Positions 37,620-46,237 of a DNA stretch of 64,000 bases are shown piece by piece (position 1 is the first letter of the stretch; each line of letters opens with the position of its first letter). The stretch comes from a virus (taxonomy: Duplodnaviria > Caudoviricetes). Under the pieces are notes generated by a model. That model was not told where the DNA came from and searched no databases. It saw only the letters and a list, made by a program, of their open reading frames with translations. Where the stretch lies: IMG/VR virus record IMGVR_UViG_3300031760_000029, positions 1-64,000 of that record. One strand, written 5' to 3'. Both the position numbers and the translations under genes were made by a program.

Positions 37620-38066
37620 ATGTCATACAGTGAGCTTAAGAAGTTTTATGACAAGACGAGATTAGATTACTTCATGATGGCAATCACCCATCTGATGGAT
37701 ATTGGATGGAGAAACGCAAAGAAGATTACGGACGAAGAAATTGAGAAGTGTGAAGGAAACGGACTGATGACAAAGGGCTTCGTTCAGTGGGTTCAACGGA
37801 CGGCAAGAGATATTACACAGATAGCAGATGGGCCAGCCGAATTGATCCAGTTCTGTGAAGCACAGGATGTGTTTGATATACAGAATTATGCTGAGACTGT
37901 CAACCGAAGTACACTGGAACAGGTGGTGCAGAACACACAGGAATATCTGTTCAATAAAGGATATAACTACGATGACATGAGATACATTTGGGATCTTGAT
38001 GATTACGAAATGGAATTGCTTGGATTTGTAAACGAGGACGATGAAGATGAACTCGAGACAAGCTAA
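37620..38066 (+). CDS. Hypothetical protein (148 aa)
   Basis: AAAGGAGGG RBS. Confidence 0.7.
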   Translation: MSYSELKKFYDKTRLDYFMMAITHLMDIGWRNAKKITDEEIEKCEGNGLMTKGFVQWVQRTARDITQIADGPAELIQFCEAQDVFDIQNYAETVNRSTLEQVVQNTQEYLFNKGYNYDDMRYIWDLDDYEMELLGFVNEDDEDELETS

Positions 38067-38182
38067 GAAGAAACGAAAGAAAGATGAATGGTTCATTGTA
38101 TCATTCGTAAATAATTACAATGCGTTGAGAAAGGAACGCAGATACGAACACGAATACTTCCACAAAATGAGGAGGAAAGGAA

Positions 38183-39169
38183 ATGGCGAAACAGATTGTT
38201 GGATTTGACCGTAAGACAATTTCATGGAACTGCAATCAGATAGTGAAGATGATGGAGAATGCTTCGATTCGCTTTGATTCAGCGGTTCAGAGGACGCTGG
38301 TCTGGGATCAGTCACGGAAGTCGCTTCTAATTCATTCGCTTATCACTGGAATGCCAGTTCCTGCATTCTATGCGGTTCGTGGTGCTGACAAGGTATACGA
38401 CTTCCTTGACGGAAAGCAGAGATGCAATGCAATCCGTGAGTATGTCAAGGGAATGTATTCACTAAAAGATGTACCGCCAGTTCTGTATGACGACGGAAGC
38501 GAAGAGGATATCAACGGAATGTTCTTCAGTGGTCTGTCTGAAGAGATGCAGGACAATATCAAGTCGTATTCATTGAATATCAACTACTTCGATGAACTCG
38601 AAGAGGAACAGCAGGAAGAGTTGTTTTACAGGATCAACAACGGGAAACCTCTTACACAGATTGAACAGTCCAGGGTTCGCTGCAATGCACTTCCGCAGAT
38701 TAAGGTTCTCGGACACCATCCTGTATATGACTTCTTGACTGACAAAGCGAGAGCGAGATACACGGACGAGGATTTGGTTACGAAGTCATTTGCAATCCTC
38801 AATATGGAGACACCGTGTTTGGACACTAAGGAAATCCGTCCATTCATGGAGAAGCTGGTGATTAACAAGGCAGACCACGACAAGATGTGGAAGATTTACG
38901 ACAACATTAAGAAGATGCACGACGAGATGATTGAGAACGAGGCGGGCACGCCAGCCAAGAGATTGTACGTCAAAACACATTTTCTCTCTATTATTCCGTT
39001 TGTTGCGGAACACGGGAAGCAGACAGAATTTCTCCAGCACTTCTTCAGTGGTGAGAGGATGACGATTTCGAAGAAATACAATGATAATGCAACTGCTGGT
39101 GTTGGCCATGTTCCAGCGGTAAAGGCAAGGCTCGATGCAATCGAGGCCGAGTGGAAGAAATTCCACTAA
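38183..39169 (+). CDS. DUF262 (GmrS/ParB-like) domain protein
   Basis: QRTLVW, LIHSL..G.PVP.FY, LDGKQR, LFYRINNGKPL. Confidence 0.85.
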   Translation: MAKQIVGFDRKTISWNCNQIVKMMENASIRFDSAVQRTLVWDQSRKSLLIHSLITGMPVPAFYAVRGADKVYDFLDGKQRCNAIREYVKGMYSLKDVPPVLYDDGSEEDINGMFFSGLSEEMQDNIKSYSLNINYFDELEEEQQEELFYRINNGKPLTQIEQSRVRCNALPQIKVLGHHPVYDFLTDKARARYTDEDLVTKSFAILNMETPCLDTKEIRPFMEKLVINKADHDKMWKIYDNIKKMHDEMIENEAGTPAKRLYVKTHFLSIIPFVAEHGKQTEFLQHFFSGERMTISKKYNDNATAGVGHVPAVKARLDAIEAEWKKFH

Positions 39170-39215
39170 ACAAGAGAAGCGGGGCAGTCAATCGGCTGCC
39201 CCAGGAGGGAGAGAT

Positions 39216-39365
39216 ATGGGCTTTTATTATGTTTATGCAGAAGATGATCGTTTGGTTGGAAGGTATGAAGATTTAGATGATGCAATTAAGATTGCTGAAT
39301 CTAAGCCGTATGCATGTTGGATTTGGAACAGCTACGAAGATAAAATAGTGTGGAGCAATCTGTAG
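39216..39365 (+). CDS. Hypothetical protein (49 aa)
   Basis: AGGAGGG RBS after a GGGGCAG/CTGCCCC hairpin. Confidence 0.6.
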   Translation: MGFYYVYAEDDRLVGRYEDLDDAIKIAESKPYACWIWNSYEDKIVWSNL

Positions 39366-39378
39366 GAAGGAGAGAAAT

Positions 39379-39615
39379 ATGGATACCATTACATTTGATG
39401 GAGTCAAGTATCCAGTACGGCTTATGGATTCCGATGAGTTTGGAATAGTGTATGTTGGTATTGAATCAATGGAGGATGCGATGCTTGATGATGAGTGTGA
39501 CTTAATAAATGAAGAGGCAGAGGCAATTGATTCGCAGATAATGTTCTATGTCCCTGATGAGATCATTGATGATGAAGGGAAGGTAATGTCGTATCTGAAT
39601 AGACACTTAGGATGA
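39379..39615 (+). CDS. Acidic hypothetical protein (78 aa)
   Basis: GAAGGAG RBS; stop is the start of the junction palindrome. Confidence 0.7.
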   Translation: MDTITFDGVKYPVRLMDSDEFGIVYVGIESMEDAMLDDECDLINEEAEAIDSQIMFYVPDEIIDDEGKVMSYLNRHLG

Positions 39616-39629
39616 AAGGAAAGTTTTAA

Positions 39630-40022
39630 ATGAATATGAATCTCAATATGAAATGGAATGATTATCCGTCAGCATCATTATACTTATGGAACGGATATAC
39701 AATCTTTCGGATTGCTGAGGGAACTGGAGATAATCTGACAAAAGAAGATGAAGAGGCTGGATATAAAGACTACTGGATGACCGAGTATGCCTCAGAAGGA
39801 GATTCTAACGGCGGCATGTGGCTGGAAACGGAATATATCAGCGATATTGATTACACTATTCAGGGAGTCCTCGATAGACTTATGGAATGTGATTTATGGG
39901 AAGACAACTGGGAAATCATTGACGAAGATCTTGGCATTGATTTGATGAATGCTATGGATAAGTATTGGTTTGCAAAGGGAGAAATGAAGAGATTGGTGGA
40001 GAAAGCAAATGGACGGGGATGA
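39630..40022 (+). CDS. Acidic hypothetical protein (130 aa)
   Basis: Cassette-array gene. Confidence 0.7.
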   Translation: MNMNLNMKWNDYPSASLYLWNGYTIFRIAEGTGDNLTKEDEEAGYKDYWMTEYASEGDSNGGMWLETEYISDIDYTIQGVLDRLMECDLWEDNWEIIDEDLGIDLMNAMDKYWFAKGEMKRLVEKANGRG

Positions 40023-40233
40023 TACATTAAAATTTCTCGAGGATTTGGAAAAGGAAACAACAAACAAGAAGCTACGGAATCTGCTGCACTGTCTTATCTC
40101 TTCCAGTCCAAGTCTCGACTTGGCATGTGGAGATTGGAACGACAGGGAGTATTTCTATGCAGAAGAATATGGTGAACTGGTTGAAGATACGGCAAGAGAA
40201 CTGGAAAACATTATGGGAGTTCGAAGGAAATAA
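40009..40233 (+). CDS. Hypothetical protein (74 aa)
   Basis: Cassette-array gene. Confidence 0.65.
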   Translation: MDGDDTLKFLEDLEKETTNKKLRNLLHCLISSSPSLDLACGDWNDREYFYAEEYGELVEDTARELENIMGVRRK

Positions 40234-40259
40234 AAGAAAGGTTTTGTGAGGTAAAAATC

Positions 40260-40460
40260 ATGAAAGAATATAGATTTCGTGTTGATTTGTGTGGCGGTTA
40301 TACTGATGGTTTTATTACGGTAAAGGCAGATGATGAAGGTAATGCATACGACAAGGCAACAGAATATGTTGGCAAGAAATTATATGAAGCATTTCCTGAA
40401 TTAGACATAGAATATAACGTTGAAGTATATGAAGAGTATGATACGGAAGAAGATGAATAA
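40260..40460 (+). CDS. Acidic hypothetical protein (66 aa)
   Basis: Cassette-array gene. Confidence 0.7.
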   Translation: MKEYRFRVDLCGGYTDGFITVKADDEGNAYDKATEYVGKKLYEAFPELDIEYNVEVYEEYDTEEDE

Positions 40461-40485
40461 AAACAACATTTCAAGGGAGGAAGCA

Positions 40486-40731
40486 ATGCAGAGACATTTA
40501 TACTTCGTTAAAATCCAGGGTCGGAAAGCAGTATACGATATCATCATAGCTGCTTTTAGTGAAGCAAATGCACGAGCAGTTGCAGAAGAATATTTTGAAA
40601 ATATAGCAATGGAAGTGAGGCCATGTACTTTAGAAGATATAGATAACGCAAAAGATAAAAGGATTATGCATATGAGTCACATAATGACTCCGTTAGATAG
40701 AGAAGTGGCTGAAAGATATGGTATTAAATAA
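40486..40731 (+). CDS. Hypothetical protein (81 aa)
   Basis: Start at ATG 40486 behind GGGAGG. Confidence 0.65.
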   Translation: MQRHLYFVKIQGRKAVYDIIIAAFSEANARAVAEEYFENIAMEVRPCTLEDIDNAKDKRIMHMSHIMTPLDREVAERYGIK

Positions 40732-40760
40732 AACCAAGATATTTCAAGAGAGGTAAATAT

Positions 40761-40931
40761 ATGGACGAGAAGTCACGGCTTTATGATGAAATAAGCAGAG
40801 TGCTGACGAATTACGAAGAGTATGTAAATGGAACTGGAGATGACAGTGAGATCTACGAGAGAGCTGCAGATATGTATTCTGTTTTGGTGGATATTCAGAA
40901 CCAGTGGGAGACGGTAATTACGGCACAATAA
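40761..40931 (+). CDS. Hypothetical protein (56 aa)
   Basis: Below cutoff; GAGG RBS, palindrome at both ends. Confidence 0.7.
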   Translation: MDEKSRLYDEISRVLTNYEEYVNGTGDDSEIYERAADMYSVLVDIQNQWETVITAQ

Positions 40932-40960
40932 ACCGAACATTTCAAGGAAGGTAAAAGAGA

Positions 40961-41122
40961 ATGACCAAAGCAGAAATCATTAAAGAACTTCATAGTTGTG
41001 GTGAGATGTGGGCAAATAATTCGTACTCAAAAGAATATCTGGAAAAGTATCTTGAAAAATACAAAGAAGCTACAAAAATGACGATTGAAGAATTATATGC
41101 AGCGATTAAGGCAAAGAAATAA
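40961..41122 (+). CDS. Hypothetical protein (53 aa)
   Basis: Below cutoff; palindrome at both ends. Confidence 0.65.
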   Translation: MTKAEIIKELHSCGEMWANNSYSKEYLEKYLEKYKEATKMTIEELYAAIKAKK

Positions 41123-41148
41123 AACCAAGATTTTATAAGGAGTGGATT

Positions 41149-41475
41149 ATGGTAGCTACAAAAACAGATGGATTACTTACATATACTGGTTTCAATCCAG
41201 TAGACAATGGAAAGATATGGATCACAGAAAAAGGGAATTATACATATGTACATAAACAAAATAATGAATGGTCTGTATCGTATGTTCCTATTGCAACGTA
41301 TGATTTAGCATATTTACAAGAAGCAAAACGATGTAGATATGTAGTGCCATCATACTCAATAGAAAAACGAATTATAGATGGTGAGACAGCATATCATTTT
41401 TGGAAAGGAAAGGACTATTGGTTCTTTGACAAAGATGAAGCGATAAAATTTATTCTCGACAATTGGAGCGAATGA
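41149..41475 (+). CDS. Hypothetical protein (108 aa)
   Basis: Cassette-array gene. Confidence 0.7.
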   Translation: MVATKTDGLLTYTGFNPVDNGKIWITEKGNYTYVHKQNNEWSVSYVPIATYDLAYLQEAKRCRYVVPSYSIEKRIIDGETAYHFWKGKDYWFFDKDEAIKFILDNWSE

Positions 41476-41499
41476 AACAAGGTTTTTAAGGGGTGCAAT

Positions 41500-41709
41500 A
41501 TGACAACAATAGAGATACTTACAGCTCTAATTAAAGAACTTGCAGCAAAGAATGGTTTCCCAGAGGATAGAATCCAAGTGTTCTGTGATGATGATGGCAA
41601 AATAGGAATCGATATAGATAACGGAGATTGGAGTAATTGTTTATCATACGATGAAGCCGAAGATCAGATATACAACCTGTTTAAGGGAATTGAATTGTGT
41701 AGTAAATGA
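41500..41709 (+). CDS. Acidic hypothetical protein (69 aa)
   Basis: Cassette-array gene. Confidence 0.7.
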   Translation: MTTIEILTALIKELAAKNGFPEDRIQVFCDDDGKIGIDIDNGDWSNCLSYDEAEDQIYNLFKGIELCSK

Positions 41710-41734
41710 AATAAGATTTTGATAGGAGATATTT

Positions 41735-41920
41735 ATGAGAATATATGATATCAAGTGGGATGTAGCAGATAGTGACCACAAGATTACTCTACCTAAAGAA
41801 GTAATTATCTCAGATCCTGATGAGGCAAAGATAATTGAAAATATGTATGATGGCGATATGGCTTATTATCTTTTTGATGAATACGGATACGATGTTAGAT
41901 CGTTTAGAGTAGATCAGTAA
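41735..41920 (+). CDS. Acidic hypothetical protein (61 aa)
   Basis: Cassette-array gene. Confidence 0.7.
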   Translation: MRIYDIKWDVADSDHKITLPKEVIISDPDEAKIIENMYDGDMAYYLFDEYGYDVRSFRVDQ

Positions 41921-41946
41921 AATAATGTTTTTAAGAGAGGTAAATT

Positions 41947-42144
41947 ATGGTAGCAGTATGTAGACCGCTTGAGGGAATTACGATTAATACAGAAGTTGAA
42001 TATGTATTAGATGATGATGGCGAAATTAAAGAGTTTGAAGATGTAGAAACAGCGGAGGAATGGTTAAAGGAACACGGAGTTACAGAAGAGATCATGGAGT
42101 ATCTGATGTTTGTTAACGCAGAAAACGGAGAGTTAATAAAATAA
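41947..42144 (+). CDS. Acidic hypothetical protein (65 aa)
   Basis: Cassette-array gene. Confidence 0.7.
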   Translation: MVAVCRPLEGITINTEVEYVLDDDGEIKEFEDVETAEEWLKEHGVTEEIMEYLMFVNAENGELIK

Positions 42145-42167
42145 CTTTTTGATAAGGAGGGACGGAT

Positions 42168-42335
42168 ATGAAGGGTAGACGAATCAGACAAATCAATAAT
42201 TTAACTATTCGCTACACTGATTTTTATCAGTATTCTGTATGGACTCCAGATGGACGATGCTGGGAAGACAGGATGACTTATAGCGAAGCTGTTGAGTTTT
42301 GTAAAAATACAAAGGATTTTGTAAATGAAAGCTGA
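42168..42335 (+). CDS. Hypothetical protein (55 aa)
   Basis: Below cutoff; AAGGAGG RBS. Confidence 0.65.
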   Translation: MKGRRIRQINNLTIRYTDFYQYSVWTPDGRCWEDRMTYSEAVEFCKNTKDFVNES

Positions 42336-42353
42336 ATTTAAAGGAAGCTGACT

Positions 42354-42530
42354 ATGGCATATATCTTAAAAGAATCGTGTGGAACGTGCAGACAAGATCC
42401 TATGGAACTAAAAGAGAGACAGGATTGTTTGGTGTATGACGAAATGGAATGTGAAGCAAAGGATTGTAATGAATGTTTCATGGTTGAAGAGGAAGACAAA
42501 AATGCATACATTGATCAAAGAATTGTGTGA
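42354..42530 (+). CDS. Cys-rich hypothetical protein (58 aa)
   Basis: Follows palindrome and AAGGAAG. Confidence 0.5.
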   Translation: MAYILKESCGTCRQDPMELKERQDCLVYDEMECEAKDCNECFMVEEEDKNAYIDQRIV

Positions 42531-42711
42531 GGAAAATGGGGTTGAATATAGCGAAAAGCTGTTTCGGGAAATACATTTTAGATGCTCTGATCTTGAAAAG
42601 GATGATGTAACCGAAAATATCCTGGCCTGCCTTGATTACATTAAAGACAACGGATTGGACGCGCTGATAAACGAGATGGATGACTGTAATATCTGGTCAT
42701 ACATTTGTTGA
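42502..42711 (+). CDS. Hypothetical protein (69 aa)
   Basis: GAGG RBS; ends next to a palindrome. Confidence 0.6.
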   Translation: MHTLIKELCEENGVEYSEKLFREIHFRCSDLEKDDVTENILACLDYIKDNGLDALINEMDDCNIWSYIC

Positions 42712-42744
42712 TAAAACGGTTATTCCAAAGGGAGGGCGAAAGCA

Positions 42745-43035
42745 ATGAAACATGAAGTAACTCTGTCGATTGAAAGTGTGCGGGCTGTTGCAAATGGAGA
42801 AGAATATGACAGTTGGGGAGAGGTCCAGGTATGGAATGGAAAGATAGGTGCCGAGTATAATCTGTGTTTTAATGGGGAAAATTGCAGCGCAATATATTTA
42901 ATGGGAGAAGATGATGATGGTTATTGGGACACTGATACTAGTACATTTGAACACTATGAGATAGATCCTGACGATCCTAAATGGAAAGAGAATTTAATCG
43001 AAGCGATGGAAAAATTTGTAAAAAATAATAGCTGA
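42745..43035 (+). CDS. Acidic hypothetical protein (96 aa)
   Basis: GGGAGGG RBS. Confidence 0.7.
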   Translation: MKHEVTLSIESVRAVANGEEYDSWGEVQVWNGKIGAEYNLCFNGENCSAIYLMGEDDDGYWDTDTSTFEHYEIDPDDPKWKENLIEAMEKFVKNNS

Positions 43036-43127
43036 ATACATACAATATATTGCACAAAGACAAATCATAGAATCAATATACTGTATACAAAATGCCAATA
43101 AAAGTAACGTTTAATTGGAGATGAAAC

Positions 43128-43340
43128 ATGTTGAAGAAGAAGACGGATAATGGCACGATCTCGGCAACGTCATTTGAAACAATGAATGAGAAGGGAATTG
43201 CAGTTGGTTTGTATGGAGAGATGAGTGTAGTGAGCTTTGAGAGCAATGGAAAAGGATTGATTCTTCTGATTAACGACGACATGATCGAGCAGTTTAGAGT
43301 GAATGTGTTACATACAGATGCAAATTGGAACGCGAAGTAA
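43128..43340 (+). CDS. Hypothetical protein (70 aa)
   Basis: Palindrome plus GGAG RBS. Confidence 0.65.
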   Translation: MLKKKTDNGTISATSFETMNEKGIAVGLYGEMSVVSFESNGKGLILLINDDMIEQFRVNVLHTDANWNAK

Positions 43341-43725
43341 GGGAGGAGAATAAAATAGCATGGATAATGCAATTGTAAAGGAAACACGAGATATATGGTG
43401 GAATGAAATTACAAACATCATTTATTGCTCCGAATCGTGTGAAAATGCAGCAGAAGAAATCCTTGAATATCTGGAGGAAGAGGGAGCATTTACGGTAGTG
43501 GATGATTAAGGGAGGACAAATTATGAGTAAGAGATATAAGGTGCGAATCGTTAGCAAGCGTAGCTCTATTGACCATGACTACTACACTGGAAACAAGGAG
43601 GTACGGTCTTACGTCTGGGACGAACCAGACAAAAAAGAGGAGCTGTTTCTATAGAAACCCAACACTTTTTTGAGATACGTAAGGTAATAATAGATATGAT
43701 ACAAAGTGATTCATAGGAGGGAAAT

Positions 43726-44019
43726 ATGACAGAAATGATTGGGGTAAATACAAGTGCTGGTGTGCTAAGAGCTTATAAGAGTGCAGATCCTGGTCAACCA
43801 GGTATTTGTGTAGTATTACAACCCAAAGGATATGATTGTGAAATAGATATGTCTTATGTATCTGTATATGAAGATCCAGAATATAAGACATATATGAATG
43901 AAGAACCTGAGGATGTATCGATTATGACATATGGAAATCCGTATAATGAAGACTACACAGATAAGGTAATGATTAGAAGAAATGATGTTGTGAATGCGTT
44001 AAATTATGAGGGAGAATAA
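43726..44019 (+). CDS. Acidic hypothetical protein (97 aa)
   Basis: AGGAGGG RBS. Confidence 0.7.
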   Translation: MTEMIGVNTSAGVLRAYKSADPGQPGICVVLQPKGYDCEIDMSYVSVYEDPEYKTYMNEEPEDVSIMTYGNPYNEDYTDKVMIRRNDVVNALNYEGE

Positions 44020-44020
44020 G

Positions 44021-44410
44021 ATGAAGGATGATATTTACAAGGGATGTATGTTGATCGGACACAGATTCAATCAAAAATATAGTACAGAAGAAACAGATGA
44101 TTGGAGTGGATCGGAAGAGTGTTCTACCGTAGCGAGATTAACATATACCCTGATGGATACATTGAACGTCAGCATGGAGAAAGCACTAGATATTGTAATG
44201 GAAATCGCTATGAATCAAGGCTTCCGAAAGGTTGAAGAACATATGTGGGATGACTACTGCAGAGGTTTTCTTGCTGGTCAGATCATCGGAATGCCAACCA
44301 AAGAGAATCTAAAGAAGGTAAATGAGGCAGAAGAACTTTGGTTGGATGATAGATATGGAAAATATGGATACTATCAGGAGGTCTTAGAAGAAGTTAGTAA
44401 TAAAATGTGA
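44021..44410 (+). CDS. Hypothetical protein (129 aa)
   Basis: GAGGGAG RBS. Confidence 0.7.
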   Translation: MKDDIYKGCMLIGHRFNQKYSTEETDDWSGSEECSTVARLTYTLMDTLNVSMEKALDIVMEIAMNQGFRKVEEHMWDDYCRGFLAGQIIGMPTKENLKKVNEAEELWLDDRYGKYGYYQEVLEEVSNKM

Positions 44411-44428
44411 TTTTGATGGAGGATAAAA

Positions 44429-44632
44429 ATGGATAACTTAAAGGAAACATTCTTACGGCGTTATATAGATACGATTGATGCATATTTGAATTATAAGGGA
44501 AGCGGCGAAGGTCACAGAGCCATCATGTATGTAATGGAAGAATATAAAAAGATAATGGTTGAAACGTTCGGAATGGAAGAAGATGCGGTAGAAAATATAT
44601 ATATGGATAAATATAAGGAGAAATACAGATGA
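44429..44632 (+). CDS. Hypothetical protein (67 aa)
   Basis: Palindrome plus GGAGG. Confidence 0.7.
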   Translation: MDNLKETFLRRYIDTIDAYLNYKGSGEGHRAIMYVMEEYKKIMVETFGMEEDAVENIYMDKYKEKYR

Positions 44633-44817
44633 ATGAGGAAAAAATAATAGCTAAACATTATGGTTTAAGACTTTATGATCTCAGCGAAGATCATGGACGC
44701 ACATGGATGGATAGATGGTTATATGATTATGAGGCAAATCAGTATGCTGCCGAATGTTTTGTAGTACGGGATCACGAAAGAATGTACATCATTGGTTCTA
44801 ATATGTATGGAGGCTAA
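44629..44817 (+). CDS. Hypothetical protein (62 aa)
   Basis: ATGA-coupled. Confidence 0.6.
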   Translation: MNEEKIIAKHYGLRLYDLSEDHGRTWMDRWLYDYEANQYAAECFVVRDHERMYIIGSNMYGG

Positions 44818-44819
44818 AT

Positions 44820-44909
44820 ATGAATAACAAGGGAATGGGAGTGTTAGAGATTTTGGTGGCTATAGCAATAACAATTGCACTTGCAGCATTTGTAGTATAC
44901 GTATTGTAA
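44820..44909 (+). CDS. 29-aa Flp/type IV prepilin-like peptide
   Basis: GGAGG RBS; MNNKG|MGVLEILVAIAITIALAAFVVYVL with Glu at +5. Confidence 0.6.
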   Translation: MNNKGMGVLEILVAIAITIALAAFVVYVL

Positions 44910-44930
44910 TAAATCGAGCGTTTGGACGAA

Positions 44931-44961
44931 AGAGAGTCGAGCGTTCGGCTCTCTTTTTTTT
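44931..44961 (+). terminator. Intrinsic terminator
   Basis: AGAGAGTCGA-gcgt-TCGGCTCTCT plus T-run. Confidence 0.85.
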
Positions 44962-44984
44962 GTACTCAAAAATAAGGAGGCCAT

Positions 44985-45461
44985 ATGAAAACATACAAAC
45001 TGTTCAGAGTTCGCAATGGAAAGCTGTTCCCGCTTTATGTTGAAGCAAACAGGGAGATGGAAGTTGGTAAGTGGTTACGGTCTGGATGTGGGGCGAAGGT
45101 AGATGACACACATGTAAAGGCAAGTGGATGTGGAGGGAAGTTAAGTCTTAGGAGTGGTTTTCATAGCACGAAGATCCCGTTCACAGATTGGATTGGCAAG
45201 AAGTCGGAAGATGGAACGCTGCTGCAGAGGGAAGATACAGTTTGGTGTGAGTGTGAAGTAAAAGGGAATGAGGTTGAAAGCCCTGGGAGATATGGATATA
45301 GAGAGATTCCTAAGAATAAGTGGTATTACTTTCGCACAAACTCAAAGCAAAAGGATCCTTGGATTATTAGCGACTGGCTGAAAATTAATCGGATTTTAAA
45401 TCACGATGAAGTGAAGAATATTTGTGCTGCAAATGGAATTGTTGCTCAGGCAATGGCTTAA
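44985..45461 (+). CDS. Conserved phage protein (158 aa)
   Basis: KTYKLFR...GKLFPLYV, R.GFH, VWCECEV. Confidence 0.7.
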   Translation: MKTYKLFRVRNGKLFPLYVEANREMEVGKWLRSGCGAKVDDTHVKASGCGGKLSLRSGFHSTKIPFTDWIGKKSEDGTLLQREDTVWCECEVKGNEVESPGRYGYREIPKNKWYYFRTNSKQKDPWIISDWLKINRILNHDEVKNICAANGIVAQAMA

Positions 45462-45473
45462 GGAGGAAAAGAG

Positions 45474-46172
45474 ATGGCAAAGGAACTTAGTTTGGCGGCA
45501 GAGCAGAACAGAGTTAAGAAGCTTTTGGATGCAAGAAATGCTAATTTGGCATGGGTGGAAGAGTTGCATGTTAAGCTGCAGCGTGGAAATAAGAAGACTG
45601 GAACGAATTGTTGGACGGTATCTCTTATGCCAGTGATTGATTGCGGAAACTGTAGTCAGTGCTCGCATGGTTGCTATGATCTTCGAAATGATATGATTTA
45701 TCCTGCAGTGATCGAGGATCGAGCAAGGAATTCTGCGATCCATAAGGTAAATCCTGAGAGATATTGGAGAGAGATTGATCAGCAGATTAAGTTGAACTAT
45801 GTACAGGAACTAAGATTAAATGTAGGAGGTGACTTGACGGACGATGATTTCTATTATGTGAAAGCTCTTGGTGAAGCGAACCCGAAGACACAGATCCTGT
45901 TCTTTACGAAGAACTACAAGGGAATCAACAAGTTTCTGTATGATAATAAGTTTCCTGAGAATGTACATGCAATCATGAGCGCTTGGCAGAACATGGAAAT
46001 GGAAAATCCGCATAATCTCCCCTGCAGCCACGTGCTGTATGAAGACGGCAGAACGACTGCTCCTGAGTATGGTGCTTACTATTGCAGCGGGAATTGCAGT
46101 GAATGTGCATTCGAAGGTAAAGGATGTTGGACGTTGAAGAATGGAGAGCATGTAATTTTCAGAGTACACTAA
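45474..46172 (+). CDS. Gp88-like Cys-cluster protein (possible Fe-S/radical-SAM-related)
   Basis: GNKKTG, CGNCSQCSHGCY, RLNVGGD, FFTK, CSGNCSEC...GCW. Confidence 0.65.
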   Translation: MAKELSLAAEQNRVKKLLDARNANLAWVEELHVKLQRGNKKTGTNCWTVSLMPVIDCGNCSQCSHGCYDLRNDMIYPAVIEDRARNSAIHKVNPERYWREIDQQIKLNYVQELRLNVGGDLTDDDFYYVKALGEANPKTQILFFTKNYKGINKFLYDNKFPENVHAIMSAWQNMEMENPHNLPCSHVLYEDGRTTAPEYGAYYCSGNCSECAFEGKGCWTLKNGEHVIFRVH

Positions 46173-46237
46173 TCACCCAGGAAGGGAGTTGTAGTCATAT
46201 ATTGCAGCTCCCTTTCCAAACCAAGAAAGGAGAAAAG

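Larger units (their letters stand above)
39613..44416 (+). repeat. Array of T(A/G)AAA-N6-TTT(T/C/G)A junction palindromes
   Basis: Copies at 39613, 40231, 40458, 40729 (N8), 40929, 41120, 41473, 41707, 41918, 42137, 42326, 42712, 43099, 44401; outlier at 31914. Confidence 0.8.
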
